This document shows, in pieces, positions 40,088-48,322 of a stretch of 61,257 nucleotides of DNA (position 1 is the stretch's first letter; each line of letters begins with the position of its first letter). The stretch is from sequence record DRR723986_9175. One strand, given 5' to 3'. The translations under genes were made by a program, and so were the position numbers. Under the pieces are notes generated by a model. That model made no database searches and had not been told where the DNA came from. It was given only the letters and a program-made list of their open reading frames with translations.

Positions 40088-40178
40088 AGTTTGAGCTTGC
40101 ACAACGCACTGGACCAGTTCACGCGACTGAGCCCCCTGCCCCGACCCTCCACCCAAGAAACAGAAGCTGTATTCGGAA

Positions 40179-41279
40179 ATGCTGTCCCAGTCTGAAATCT
40201 TACAGTCCTTAATCGGATTGCTTCGTGCTCCCGAAGGAGCCATTCGATCCAAGGCACTCGCGATGCTGTGCGAGAGCTATGCGGCCGATGATCGTATCTA
40301 CGATTTAGTCACCAGCGTCTGGTCGGAGCACGGCGCTGAAGAAGGTTTTCCTGAGTTTCCCATGCTCAGCTTTTTCCCGATTCCAACGGACAAGATCGCC
40401 GAAACGGTCGCACTCGCAACGGACATGGCCCGCGGACGTAAGTTGGTTGACAAATCGGCTCGCTGCGCGGGAAAACTCATGGAGCAGCTTGCTTGGCTCA
40501 CACCGAATGAACTCAGTGAGCACCTGCCGGCGATCGACGACGCTCGCGGGACATCGAAGATATTCTTTCGAGTGCCGATGGAGCGATGGCGCGTTCTTGA
40601 GGGAATGATGAATCAGCCGTCGGACGAATTGTGCGCACAATTGGATCAGTCGATTGCAACACTCGTTGCGAACCAGGAAGACGCTGCAGCCCGGATGACC
40701 GGTGAATGCGCTTTGGATACGTTGAGGCGGCGGTTCCCGGAAGCGATCGACATCGGAGCGGCGGTCGCAAACGCGCCGGAAGAAGGCCAAGGCTTGGTCA
40801 GCTTTGAAATCGCGATGAAGAGCCTGATTCAGTTTCCGCAGCCAAACACGGAAGAAGTGTTGGCAAAACACTTGCATGACGCGCGGGAGGGAATTCACGC
40901 CACAGCCGTTGAGGCGCTTGTTCGAAGCGGAACGGCAACTGCAGCAGCCCGCTTGCTACTGGCCATCCCGGATGCACCATCAAATAATCGCAGTTGGATC
41001 GTTCGTGGGCTTCAGAGAATTCGCGCCGAAGGCTTGGCAGAAGAGCTGGCGAAAGTTCGCGCTCAAGTCGTCGACCCACGGCTCTGGCTAATGCTCTTGA
41101 TCGCCGAGATCCACCAACTGGACATCGACAGCCAAAGCCGCATTACGCTCGACGTGCAGCATCTCGCCATCGCAAGCGAAGCCGTCAAAGACTCATTGCG
41201 AGTCTACTTGCAGCTTCACAACTTTGGCGAAAGCACCAAGCTCGCGCAAGTGGCCACAAAATACTGCGAGCAAGATTAG
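40179..41279 (+). CDS. Hypothetical alpha-helical (HEAT-repeat-like) protein
   Basis: 366-aa ORF with HEAT-like segments (IRSKALAML; LHDAREGIHATAVEALVRSG). Confidence 0.6.
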   Translation: MLSQSEILQSLIGLLRAPEGAIRSKALAMLCESYAADDRIYDLVTSVWSEHGAEEGFPEFPMLSFFPIPTDKIAETVALATDMARGRKLVDKSARCAGKLMEQLAWLTPNELSEHLPAIDDARGTSKIFFRVPMERWRVLEGMMNQPSDELCAQLDQSIATLVANQEDAAARMTGECALDTLRRRFPEAIDIGAAVANAPEEGQGLVSFEIAMKSLIQFPQPNTEEVLAKHLHDAREGIHATAVEALVRSGTATAAARLLLAIPDAPSNNRSWIVRGLQRIRAEGLAEELAKVRAQVVDPRLWLMLLIAEIHQLDIDSQSRITLDVQHLAIASEAVKDSLRVYLQLHNFGESTKLAQVATKYCEQD

Positions 41280-41285
41280 CCACGA

Positions 41286-41873
41286 TTACTCAAATTCACC
41301 TAACTGTTCTCGAAGTCGGCGAAGAATCCTCGAACGATGCTTGCGAACAGTTGCGGGAGTAATGTGAAGTTCTTCGGCGACGACGGCAATGGGGACGTTG
41401 TCTATCGTCGATCTCCAAAATGCTCGCCAAGATTTCGGTTCGAACTCACACTCAACTTGTCCAAGGGCACGTCGGGTCAAGCGAGCAAACTCGGTTCGCT
41501 CCGAATCCTCGTCCGCATCAAACTGGACGGGTATTTGTGATGCCGCATGAAGCGCCGTGCTACCACCAGTGGCCTGAGGGATCTTAGACGACTTCCTCAG
41601 AGAGTCGATAATCTTGTTGCGGGTGATCGTCCACAGCCAGGCTCGAAAGCATCCATTCGTTCTGCTGGCGGAATAGGTGTCGAGCGAACGACAAACGGCG
41701 AAGAAGACGTCCTGCACCGTGTCGTTGATGTCCGACTGACGCACGCCGCGTCTTTTGCACCAGAACGCAACCAGCGGCCTGTACAACTCAACCAGCTCTT
41801 GCCAGGCACGAGAGTCCTCACGCCGAACTCTGGAGATTAAGCTAAGTCGTGTTGCAGATGAATCGGTTTGCAC
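41286..41873 (-). CDS. ECF sigma-70 factor of the planctomycete kinase-associated type
   Basis: TRLSLISRV..EDSRAWQELVELY, DINDTVQDVF, FRAWLWTITRNKIID and region-4 VAEELHIT..TVRKHRSRILRRLR. Start GTG 41873 or ATG 41942. Confidence 0.9.
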   Translation of the reverse strand: MQTDSSATRLSLISRVRREDSRAWQELVELYRPLVAFWCKRRGVRQSDINDTVQDVFFAVCRSLDTYSASRTNGCFRAWLWTITRNKIIDSLRKSSKIPQATGGSTALHAASQIPVQFDADEDSERTEFARLTRRALGQVECEFEPKSWRAFWRSTIDNVPIAVVAEELHITPATVRKHRSRILRRLREQLGEFE

Positions 41874-42157
41874 TTTAATCGACCTGCAATCGTTTTTTGG
41901 TAATCCGACAGTTTGAATGACGGCAGCGAGCAAACTACCCATGTGACCGTCATTCGCAGTTAAACTTCATCCTAGTCGATCCACAACTGGGAATCCATAA
42001 CGACGCGGGCTCCGCTCTGGCGAGTCTGGCCATGTTGTGAGTCTCTGATGGCGGGCCCCTTTCGAGTAATTGACTAAGTTCGTCAAAATGGTGTCACACT
42101 CGATTCGTTAATGAATGGTGCAGCCTTCAATCCCTTCCGGTCTCTAGGAATCTCGCC

Positions 42158-45100
42158 ATGCCAGTGATTGCGTGCCCACCACCAAGTGAACTGAAAGACT
42201 ACCTGTCTGGCCGTTTGGCACCGTCCCAGATTGATGAAATCGATGCACACCTGGAGAGCTGTGCCGTTTGCGAGCATGCAATTGGAGTGTTGGAGGCTGA
42301 GCCCGATACGCTGGTCGAAATGCTGCGGAGCGATGAAACCGACGCGGAATTTTCCTCCGACGACGCGACCAATGCAGGGCCACGCGAACCAGTGAGCGAA
42401 TCCGCCATGGATGCGAGCCTATTTGAAGCGGGAGAGTTGGCCTCGTACAAGCTGATTCGGCGACTGGGCAGCGGCGGAATGGGCCGCGTCTATCTTGCTC
42501 GGCACACGAAGCTCGACAAAGAGGTTGCTATCAAGATTCTCCCCCGGCTGGAAGACTGCGAGCAAGAGTTTGTGGCGCGGTTCCAGCGCGAGATGCGTGC
42601 TGTGGGGCAGCTAGAACATCCGGCAATCGTTCGAGCTACCGATGCTGGCGAGCACGATGGGGTGCACTATCTTGTCATGGACGTAATCGACGGCTTGGAC
42701 CTATCACGAGTTGCCGGGTCGTTTGGAAGTCTCGATATTGCGGAGGCGTGTGAGGTTGTGCGCCAAGCCGCATCGGGGCTCGCTCACGCTCATGAACTTG
42801 GAATCGTCCACCGCGATGTCAAGCCGTCGAACTTGATGTTGGACGATCAAGGGCGGGTGAGGATCCTCGATTTCGGACTGGCCCAGATGGATCTCTGGGA
42901 AAAGGGATCGGCGGAGATCACCACAGTTGGTCAGTTGATGGGCACGCTGGATTACATGGCCCCAGAACAGGCCGAACGTGGTGGAGCGGTGGACTATCGG
43001 GCTGATCTTTACGCACTTGGTGCTACGCTTTTTCGGCTGATCGCCGGTCGAGCGCCTCTGGCAGCCGCGCCGGACCTCACGCCACTGGAAAAGCTACGAC
43101 TGTTAGCGACGCACTCGGCACCCAAACTGTCGACACTTCGCAGTGATGTGCCTGAGCCGCTTGAGAGATTAGTGGGCAGAATGCTAGACCGGGACCCTTC
43201 CGGCCGCCCAGCAAGCGCCAGTCACGTCGCTGAAGCGCTTGAGCCCTTCGCCGACGCGCAGACGCTTGCTCCACTGCTTGACCGTGCTCGGAGTAAACAA
43301 CTGTCTGACGCTTCAAGCGTGCCGGCCGAGATGATGAGCGTTTTGCCAGCCACATCTGCTCAGCTTTATGGCGAAAACACGGCGGGCGGACGGAGATTCT
43401 TCTGGCCAGCAATTGCCTGCTTGATGTCAGGCTTTTTAGCATTCGCTGGAATCCTGTTTGTCATCGAAACTTTAAAGGGACAATTGGTCATCGATTCCAA
43501 GGACGCCAACGTCACCGTGAAGCTCCGCAAGGACGGGAAAGTTGCAAAGGAGTTGACGATCGAACCGGGACGCCAGGCAACAAAGCTTTGGGGCGGGGAG
43601 TACGAGATCGAAATCGACTCTCCCAGCGACAAATTTACTGTTTCGCGTGACAAGTTCTCTATTCTTCGCGGCGATATTGTCATCGCGACGATCACGCCCA
43701 AGACCACTGAAACAGAAAAGACAAACGCCGAGCCACCGAGAGTTACTTACGAATCCGAAGCAGACCAGCGTTTGGATGAGATCGTTTATGAAGGTGAGAC
43801 ACTCGACACCTGGTTGCGTCGACTCAAGTTTGAGAAGAGTAGAGCGCAGCGTGAGACGGCACTGGTGGCGATCCGAGCACTAGCAGAACCATCGCTGAAG
43901 GATGTTGTGGAACCAGCCATCCGGGAGTACCTACCACAAGCGTTCAGTACCGATGCCCTCGGGGTCGCTTTCGATGCACTCTACCATGTCCATGACAAGA
44001 GCTTCCTTCCGATAGCCGACTTGCTCTCCGACGATGTTCCGGAACAAGCGCGTGGACTTCGATTGTCAGCGATCAGAGACCTCCGGTACGATGGCAAGTT
44101 CTCCACCGAAGAGTGCGACCTGCTCTTGAGCACGGCGCTCGACGTAGCCCAAAACGCAGATCCGGAGTACGTATCCTATGCATGGCGAACAATCGATTCG
44201 CTCACTCGCAGCGCTGACGATAACGAGCAGGTAGCCAGGCTGCTGAAGCAAATTGAGGATGCCGAGGCGAAGTCTGAAGTTCTCGCCCAGCGGATGCGCG
44301 ATTGGTATTGGTTCGATAAGGTGGATCTGTCCGGCATCAAGAACTATTCGGCCTGGAACCCTGAATTTCGGCGAGCAGTAATGAAACGAGCCACGTCGGT
44401 CGTTGCAGAATCGGCTGACCTAGAGCTCCGAGTAAGAGCGTGGCTTGTACTCGACTCGCTCGCATCCTGCGGTGAAGAAGTTGCCGGGCAAGATCGCGAA
44501 CAGATCCTTTCAGCAATGAAGAGAGTCTTTGCGGAATCGGCAACCAGCCTTCAATGGTCCCCTAAAAGTGTTTCGGTCAGAAGCAGCGACGCCAGAAATT
44601 TTTCGGGTCACGTTCTGGGACGCGACGACCAAACAGGGGAAACGTCCGAACTAACCGTTGCGCTTAACGCATGCCGAGACTTTGAATTGGCTGCAGAAGT
44701 TCGCGCTGACGTGCTGGCACTGCATGAAAGACTGGCTGATTTCCCCCTCGGTTTTGATGAGAATCACATGCCCATTGAGCTGCGAAGGACCGAGCCGGTT
44801 TCGCATTATCAGATGCGCCCCCTCCCTAGCTTTCGCCGCAAAGGCACTTACTACCCTGCCATTGCTTTTCGTCGTACCGGAGAACTAGTTGGAATCCCAA
44901 ACGCCCTGGACCTTCGAATGAAGGAACTGCGGGAGGCTGACTGGAAAAAATATTCAACTCTGGCGATCAAGAATCTACGATCGATGGAACCCAGCGCCGC
45001 AACGACTGCGAGCCGGTGCTTGCGTGCGGGTGAAGATCAACAGGCAGCCCAGGCGCTTGTTGACTACATGATCAAGTCGCCGGGCCTACGAACAAGCCTT

Positions 45101-46465
45101 TTGAATGTCCTAGCAAGAGTATCCGGACCTCACTTTTTTAAGAACCTCGTGAAGGTGTTGGATGCCGCTCCAGAATTCGCAGGTGAAACCTCATTGCGGA
45201 CTCTTACCGAGTTTGGCTGCAACGACACAGAAGAACTCCAGCCAATACTAGATTGGGCAGAGAAAACACTCGCTGATAAAAATGTGTCACCAGAACGACG
45301 CGAGGCCACGCGCCAATTGATGCTGAGTTTATTGTATGACCGATCCAGTGTTATGCAGCACTACAATAGCCAAGCAACGCCCTATCATGCCGCAACGCGT
45401 CCGATCAGCTACCAGTGCCAGCAAGCGATCATTGATCTGTTGCGCAAACACGAGCTATTCACGGATGATGAGCTCTGGCTGACCCCGGTATTTTATACTG
45501 GAGCGGAGCGAGGACTAGGCGAATACCGTTACGGCCGTGCCCTCCGACAGGCGATTGCTCAACGGTCGGTGGATACAATTGCCAATTCGGATTCTGTGTC
45601 GCAGCGTGTCAAAGCTCTCGCCTGCCTCCGCAGCTTCCTATCCACAGATGAGGGCCTTTCTCAATCGCAGGTAAAGTCGGTGAAGGATTCTGCAATGAAA
45701 CGACTCGCTGGCTATGCTGACCAATTCGATTCCGCCTGCGAATACTCAAGACTAGGCGGGATCTACGAACGTTGGGTGGCTCCGGAAATCGCAGCCTCGA
45801 AAATTCGGACAGTCGTAGTCTCCCATACTTATGCAAATACTCATGCAAATGAGACGGTAACCATCCTACAGTTGCTCAAGAAATTACAAGCAACTGAACC
45901 GCATTCTGAGTTGCTGAAGAACTTACAGAAACAGGCTACGTCCCGAATAACTGGCAGCAGCCCTCTTGCATCGACGCGGAGCTACGCGGACTGGCGCTCG
46001 TTCAATGACGAGGGAGACTTTGCGCACTTAATTGCAGTCATGACAGGGGAGATGCTAGAGCAAGATGTTAGCGAGTTGTTGACATTGCCGCTTGAGAAGC
46101 GCAAGAAGGCACAACTGGAATCTTTCAATCAGGTGCGTCCGGGTGATACGTTGGCGATCTACATAGAGGGTATCTTGCCAATGAACAAGCAGCCGTTGCC
46201 TGTGATGCAAGCCGGCACAAACAGCCCCGTTGTAGGTTATCCGGCCCCCGTTCATTCAAGTGGAGAAGTGGTTCTACCGCTGCTTGGACGACTGAAAGTT
46301 ACCGGTATGAGCATCCTTGAAGTACAAGAGCTGATTGGCAAAACTTATGTCGCGAAGGACATCCTGGTGACGCCTATTCTCTCTGTCGAGATGCTTTCGA
46401 AGGCGGGAAGCGAGGTCGAGATTCGCCCACTCAGCAGCACCCCAATACCTCCGCCCGAGAAGTAG
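42158..46465 (+). CDS. Membrane Ser/Thr protein kinase: N-terminal zf-HC2-like finger, Hanks kinase, TM, large helical extracytoplasmic region, C-terminal polysaccharide-export (Wza N-terminal-like) domain
   Basis: HLESCAVC; kinase motifs GSGGMGRVY, VAIK, HRDVKPSN, DFGLA and GTLDYMAPE; TM FFWPAIA...ILFVI; C-terminal RPGDTLAIYIEG...GEVVLPLLGRLKVTGMSILEVQELI. Confidence 0.9.
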   Translation: MPVIACPPPSELKDYLSGRLAPSQIDEIDAHLESCAVCEHAIGVLEAEPDTLVEMLRSDETDAEFSSDDATNAGPREPVSESAMDASLFEAGELASYKLIRRLGSGGMGRVYLARHTKLDKEVAIKILPRLEDCEQEFVARFQREMRAVGQLEHPAIVRATDAGEHDGVHYLVMDVIDGLDLSRVAGSFGSLDIAEACEVVRQAASGLAHAHELGIVHRDVKPSNLMLDDQGRVRILDFGLAQMDLWEKGSAEITTVGQLMGTLDYMAPEQAERGGAVDYRADLYALGATLFRLIAGRAPLAAAPDLTPLEKLRLLATHSAPKLSTLRSDVPEPLERLVGRMLDRDPSGRPASASHVAEALEPFADAQTLAPLLDRARSKQLSDASSVPAEMMSVLPATSAQLYGENTAGGRRFFWPAIACLMSGFLAFAGILFVIETLKGQLVIDSKDANVTVKLRKDGKVAKELTIEPGRQATKLWGGEYEIEIDSPSDKFTVSRDKFSILRGDIVIATITPKTTETEKTNAEPPRVTYESEADQRLDEIVYEGETLDTWLRRLKFEKSRAQRETALVAIRALAEPSLKDVVEPAIREYLPQAFSTDALGVAFDALYHVHDKSFLPIADLLSDDVPEQARGLRLSAIRDLRYDGKFSTEECDLLLSTALDVAQNADPEYVSYAWRTIDSLTRSADDNEQVARLLKQIEDAEAKSEVLAQRMRDWYWFDKVDLSGIKNYSAWNPEFRRAVMKRATSVVAESADLELRVRAWLVLDSLASCGEEVAGQDREQILSAMKRVFAESATSLQWSPKSVSVRSSDARNFSGHVLGRDDQTGETSELTVALNACRDFELAAEVRADVLALHERLADFPLGFDENHMPIELRRTEPVSHYQMRPLPSFRRKGTYYPAIAFRRTGELVGIPNALDLRMKELREADWKKYSTLAIKNLRSMEPSAATTASRCLRAGEDQQAAQALVDYMIKSPGLRTSLLNVLARVSGPHFFKNLVKVLDAAPEFAGETSLRTLTEFGCNDTEELQPILDWAEKTLADKNVSPERREATRQLMLSLLYDRSSVMQHYNSQATPYHAATRPISYQCQQAIIDLLRKHELFTDDELWLTPVFYTGAERGLGEYRYGRALRQAIAQRSVDTIANSDSVSQRVKALACLRSFLSTDEGLSQSQVKSVKDSAMKRLAGYADQFDSACEYSRLGGIYERWVAPEIAASKIRTVVVSHTYANTHANETVTILQLLKKLQATEPHSELLKNLQKQATSRITGSSPLASTRSYADWRSFNDEGDFAHLIAVMTGEMLEQDVSELLTLPLEKRKKAQLESFNQVRPGDTLAIYIEGILPMNKQPLPVMQAGTNSPVVGYPAPVHSSGEVVLPLLGRLKVTGMSILEVQELIGKTYVAKDILVTPILSVEMLSKAGSEVEIRPLSSTPIPPPEK

Positions 46466-46609
46466 CTGTGGAAGAATCGCAGTGCTACCCTGGCCGGACC
46501 GCTGGCACGCAAGCACGTCGCCGAGTGCGGCGATCTTGCCCGCGTTGAATAAATCTATTATCACAGGTCGCACGTTCCCCTTCGGATGCTCACCAGGAGT
46601 GCCACAGCG

Positions 46610-47122
46610 ATGCCGATCTACGAGTTCTATTGCCGCGACTGCCACACGATCTACAGCTTTTTTGCGAGAAAGATCGACACAGAAACGACTCCGAAGTGCC
46701 CAAAGTGTCCCAAGGGAGCTCGCAGCCGACTGAAGCGCCAGATGTCGCGCTTTGCTATATCTTCTGGACTCTCCGATTCCGACGGTCCGCCCGATGACAT
46801 GCCCGACATGGATGAAGAGCAAATGGAGCGAGCCATGATGGAAATGGCTGGCGACATGGACAACGTCAACGAAGACGACCCGCGGGCGATGGCCGCCATG
46901 ATGCGAAAGTTGATGGATACAACCGGCATGAATATGGGCGAAGGGATGGAAGAGGCCATTCGTCGAATGGAGGCCGGCGAGGATCCGGACAAAGTTGAAG
47001 AGGAACTTGGCGATGTGCTCGACAGCGAGGATCCCTTCTCAGGCGGCGAAGGTAAACTACGCGGCTTGCATCGAAGAATGACCGAAGCTCCCAACGTTGA
47101 TCCCGAAGTCTACGACATGTAA
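46610..47122 (+). CDS. FmdB-family zinc-ribbon protein with Met/Asp/Glu-rich tail
   Basis: MPIYEFYCRDC...CPKC...LKRQMSRF N-terminus. Confidence 0.85.
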   Translation: MPIYEFYCRDCHTIYSFFARKIDTETTPKCPKCPKGARSRLKRQMSRFAISSGLSDSDGPPDDMPDMDEEQMERAMMEMAGDMDNVNEDDPRAMAAMMRKLMDTTGMNMGEGMEEAIRRMEAGEDPDKVEEELGDVLDSEDPFSGGEGKLRGLHRRMTEAPNVDPEVYDM

Positions 47123-47192
47123 CGGCTTGCATGACGCCGCATAGTCCAATCCACTGCACCCAAGACGAGCCAGCAATCTCGCTATCGTCGTC

Positions 47193-48320
47193 TTAGTCGC
47201 TCGCGAGTTCACTTTGCAAATCAAAACGACTGCACAACTGCGGAATGTCCTCGTCGTGGGCGAGAATGACAACACAGTCCCCCGACGACAGTGGGTGGTC
47301 GGCGGGTGGATTCAGGAGCACCTTCCCCTCTGCTTCGCGATGAGCGACGATGAGCAGCAGTGATTGGCCCTTGGAAATCAGGTCCCCAATGTTTCCACCA
47401 ATGAGCGGTGAACCTGGCTGCAGCTCAAGTTCATCCAATCGCAAACCAATCGAAGCGAGATCGTGATTGAGCCCCTCGGGCAACTCCGCTTGCTGCAGCA
47501 AAGACTCGGCACTCGGGCGAAGAATCATGTTCGCGAGCCGGTCGGCTCCGATATTGGCTGGCAAAATGACATTGCTGGCCCCAACTTGGCGAAGCTTCTT
47601 AATCGTGCTCGTCTGTTCAGCACGAGCCAAAATCTCCAGCTCCGGATTCATATCGTGCGCGGTGATGGTGATAAACAAATTAGCAACATCATCACTCAAG
47701 ACAGTCGTCAAAGTGCTCGCCCGCTCAACGCCAGCGGACTTCAAAATTGCCTCCTCGGTCGCGTTGCCTTCTATCGCTAAACAACCGAACTCTCTGGCCA
47801 GCTCAACTCGGTCCTTCGATTGATCAATGACCACTAGAGGCTTGCCTCGCGTGGCGAGCGCTTGTGCCAACTTGCGGCCCATTCTCCCGAAACCACAGAT
47901 GACGACATGCCCGGAAAGTCGATCAATGTCGCGTTGCATTCTTCGCACCCCCAATACTCGACGCAATTCGCCGTCGATAACCATTTGAGCAAAACCGCCT
48001 ACCGTGTAGATCACCGCCATGTACCCGAGGATGATCAGCCCGATGGTCATCCATCGCAAGAAGTCCGTGTCAACCGGACGAACTTCGCCATACCCAATAC
48101 CGAAAATGGTGATGACGACCATATAGATCGCATCGCCCCAACTCCACCCCGCCAAGACGTAAAACAGAACAGCAGAAAAGACGATCAACAGCGTAAAGCA
48201 AACACCGGTCAGGATACGGCGCAGCGGCGAAGCACTTTCCAGGCTGTAGCTGCGTCGGCCCCAATTGCCGACAGCACTCCGCCGAACAGCCTCGTCTGCG
48301 AATCGCCGAACTCCACTCAC
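47193..48320 (-). CDS. Two-TM potassium-channel-family protein with RCK (TrkA-N + TrkA-C) domains
   Basis: TM-pore-TM with ITIFGIGYGE; RCK motif HVVICGFGRMG and GNATEE. GTG 48320 lies just after the nadE stop; start uncertain. Confidence 0.88.
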   Translation of the reverse strand: MSGVRRFADEAVRRSAVGNWGRRSYSLESASPLRRILTGVCFTLLIVFSAVLFYVLAGWSWGDAIYMVVITIFGIGYGEVRPVDTDFLRWMTIGLIILGYMAVIYTVGGFAQMVIDGELRRVLGVRRMQRDIDRLSGHVVICGFGRMGRKLAQALATRGKPLVVIDQSKDRVELAREFGCLAIEGNATEEAILKSAGVERASTLTTVLSDDVANLFITITAHDMNPELEILARAEQTSTIKKLRQVGASNVILPANIGADRLANMILRPSAESLLQQAELPEGLNHDLASIGLRLDELELQPGSPLIGGNIGDLISKGQSLLLIVAHREAEGKVLLNPPADHPLSSGDCVVILAHDEDIPQLCSRFDLQSELASD

Positions 48321-48322
48321 AC

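Noticed and set aside
42082-42118. ECF promoter upstream of the kinase (TGTCAC / CGTTAA elements)
   Set aside because: Several alternative registers fit and none can be chosen without TSS data.
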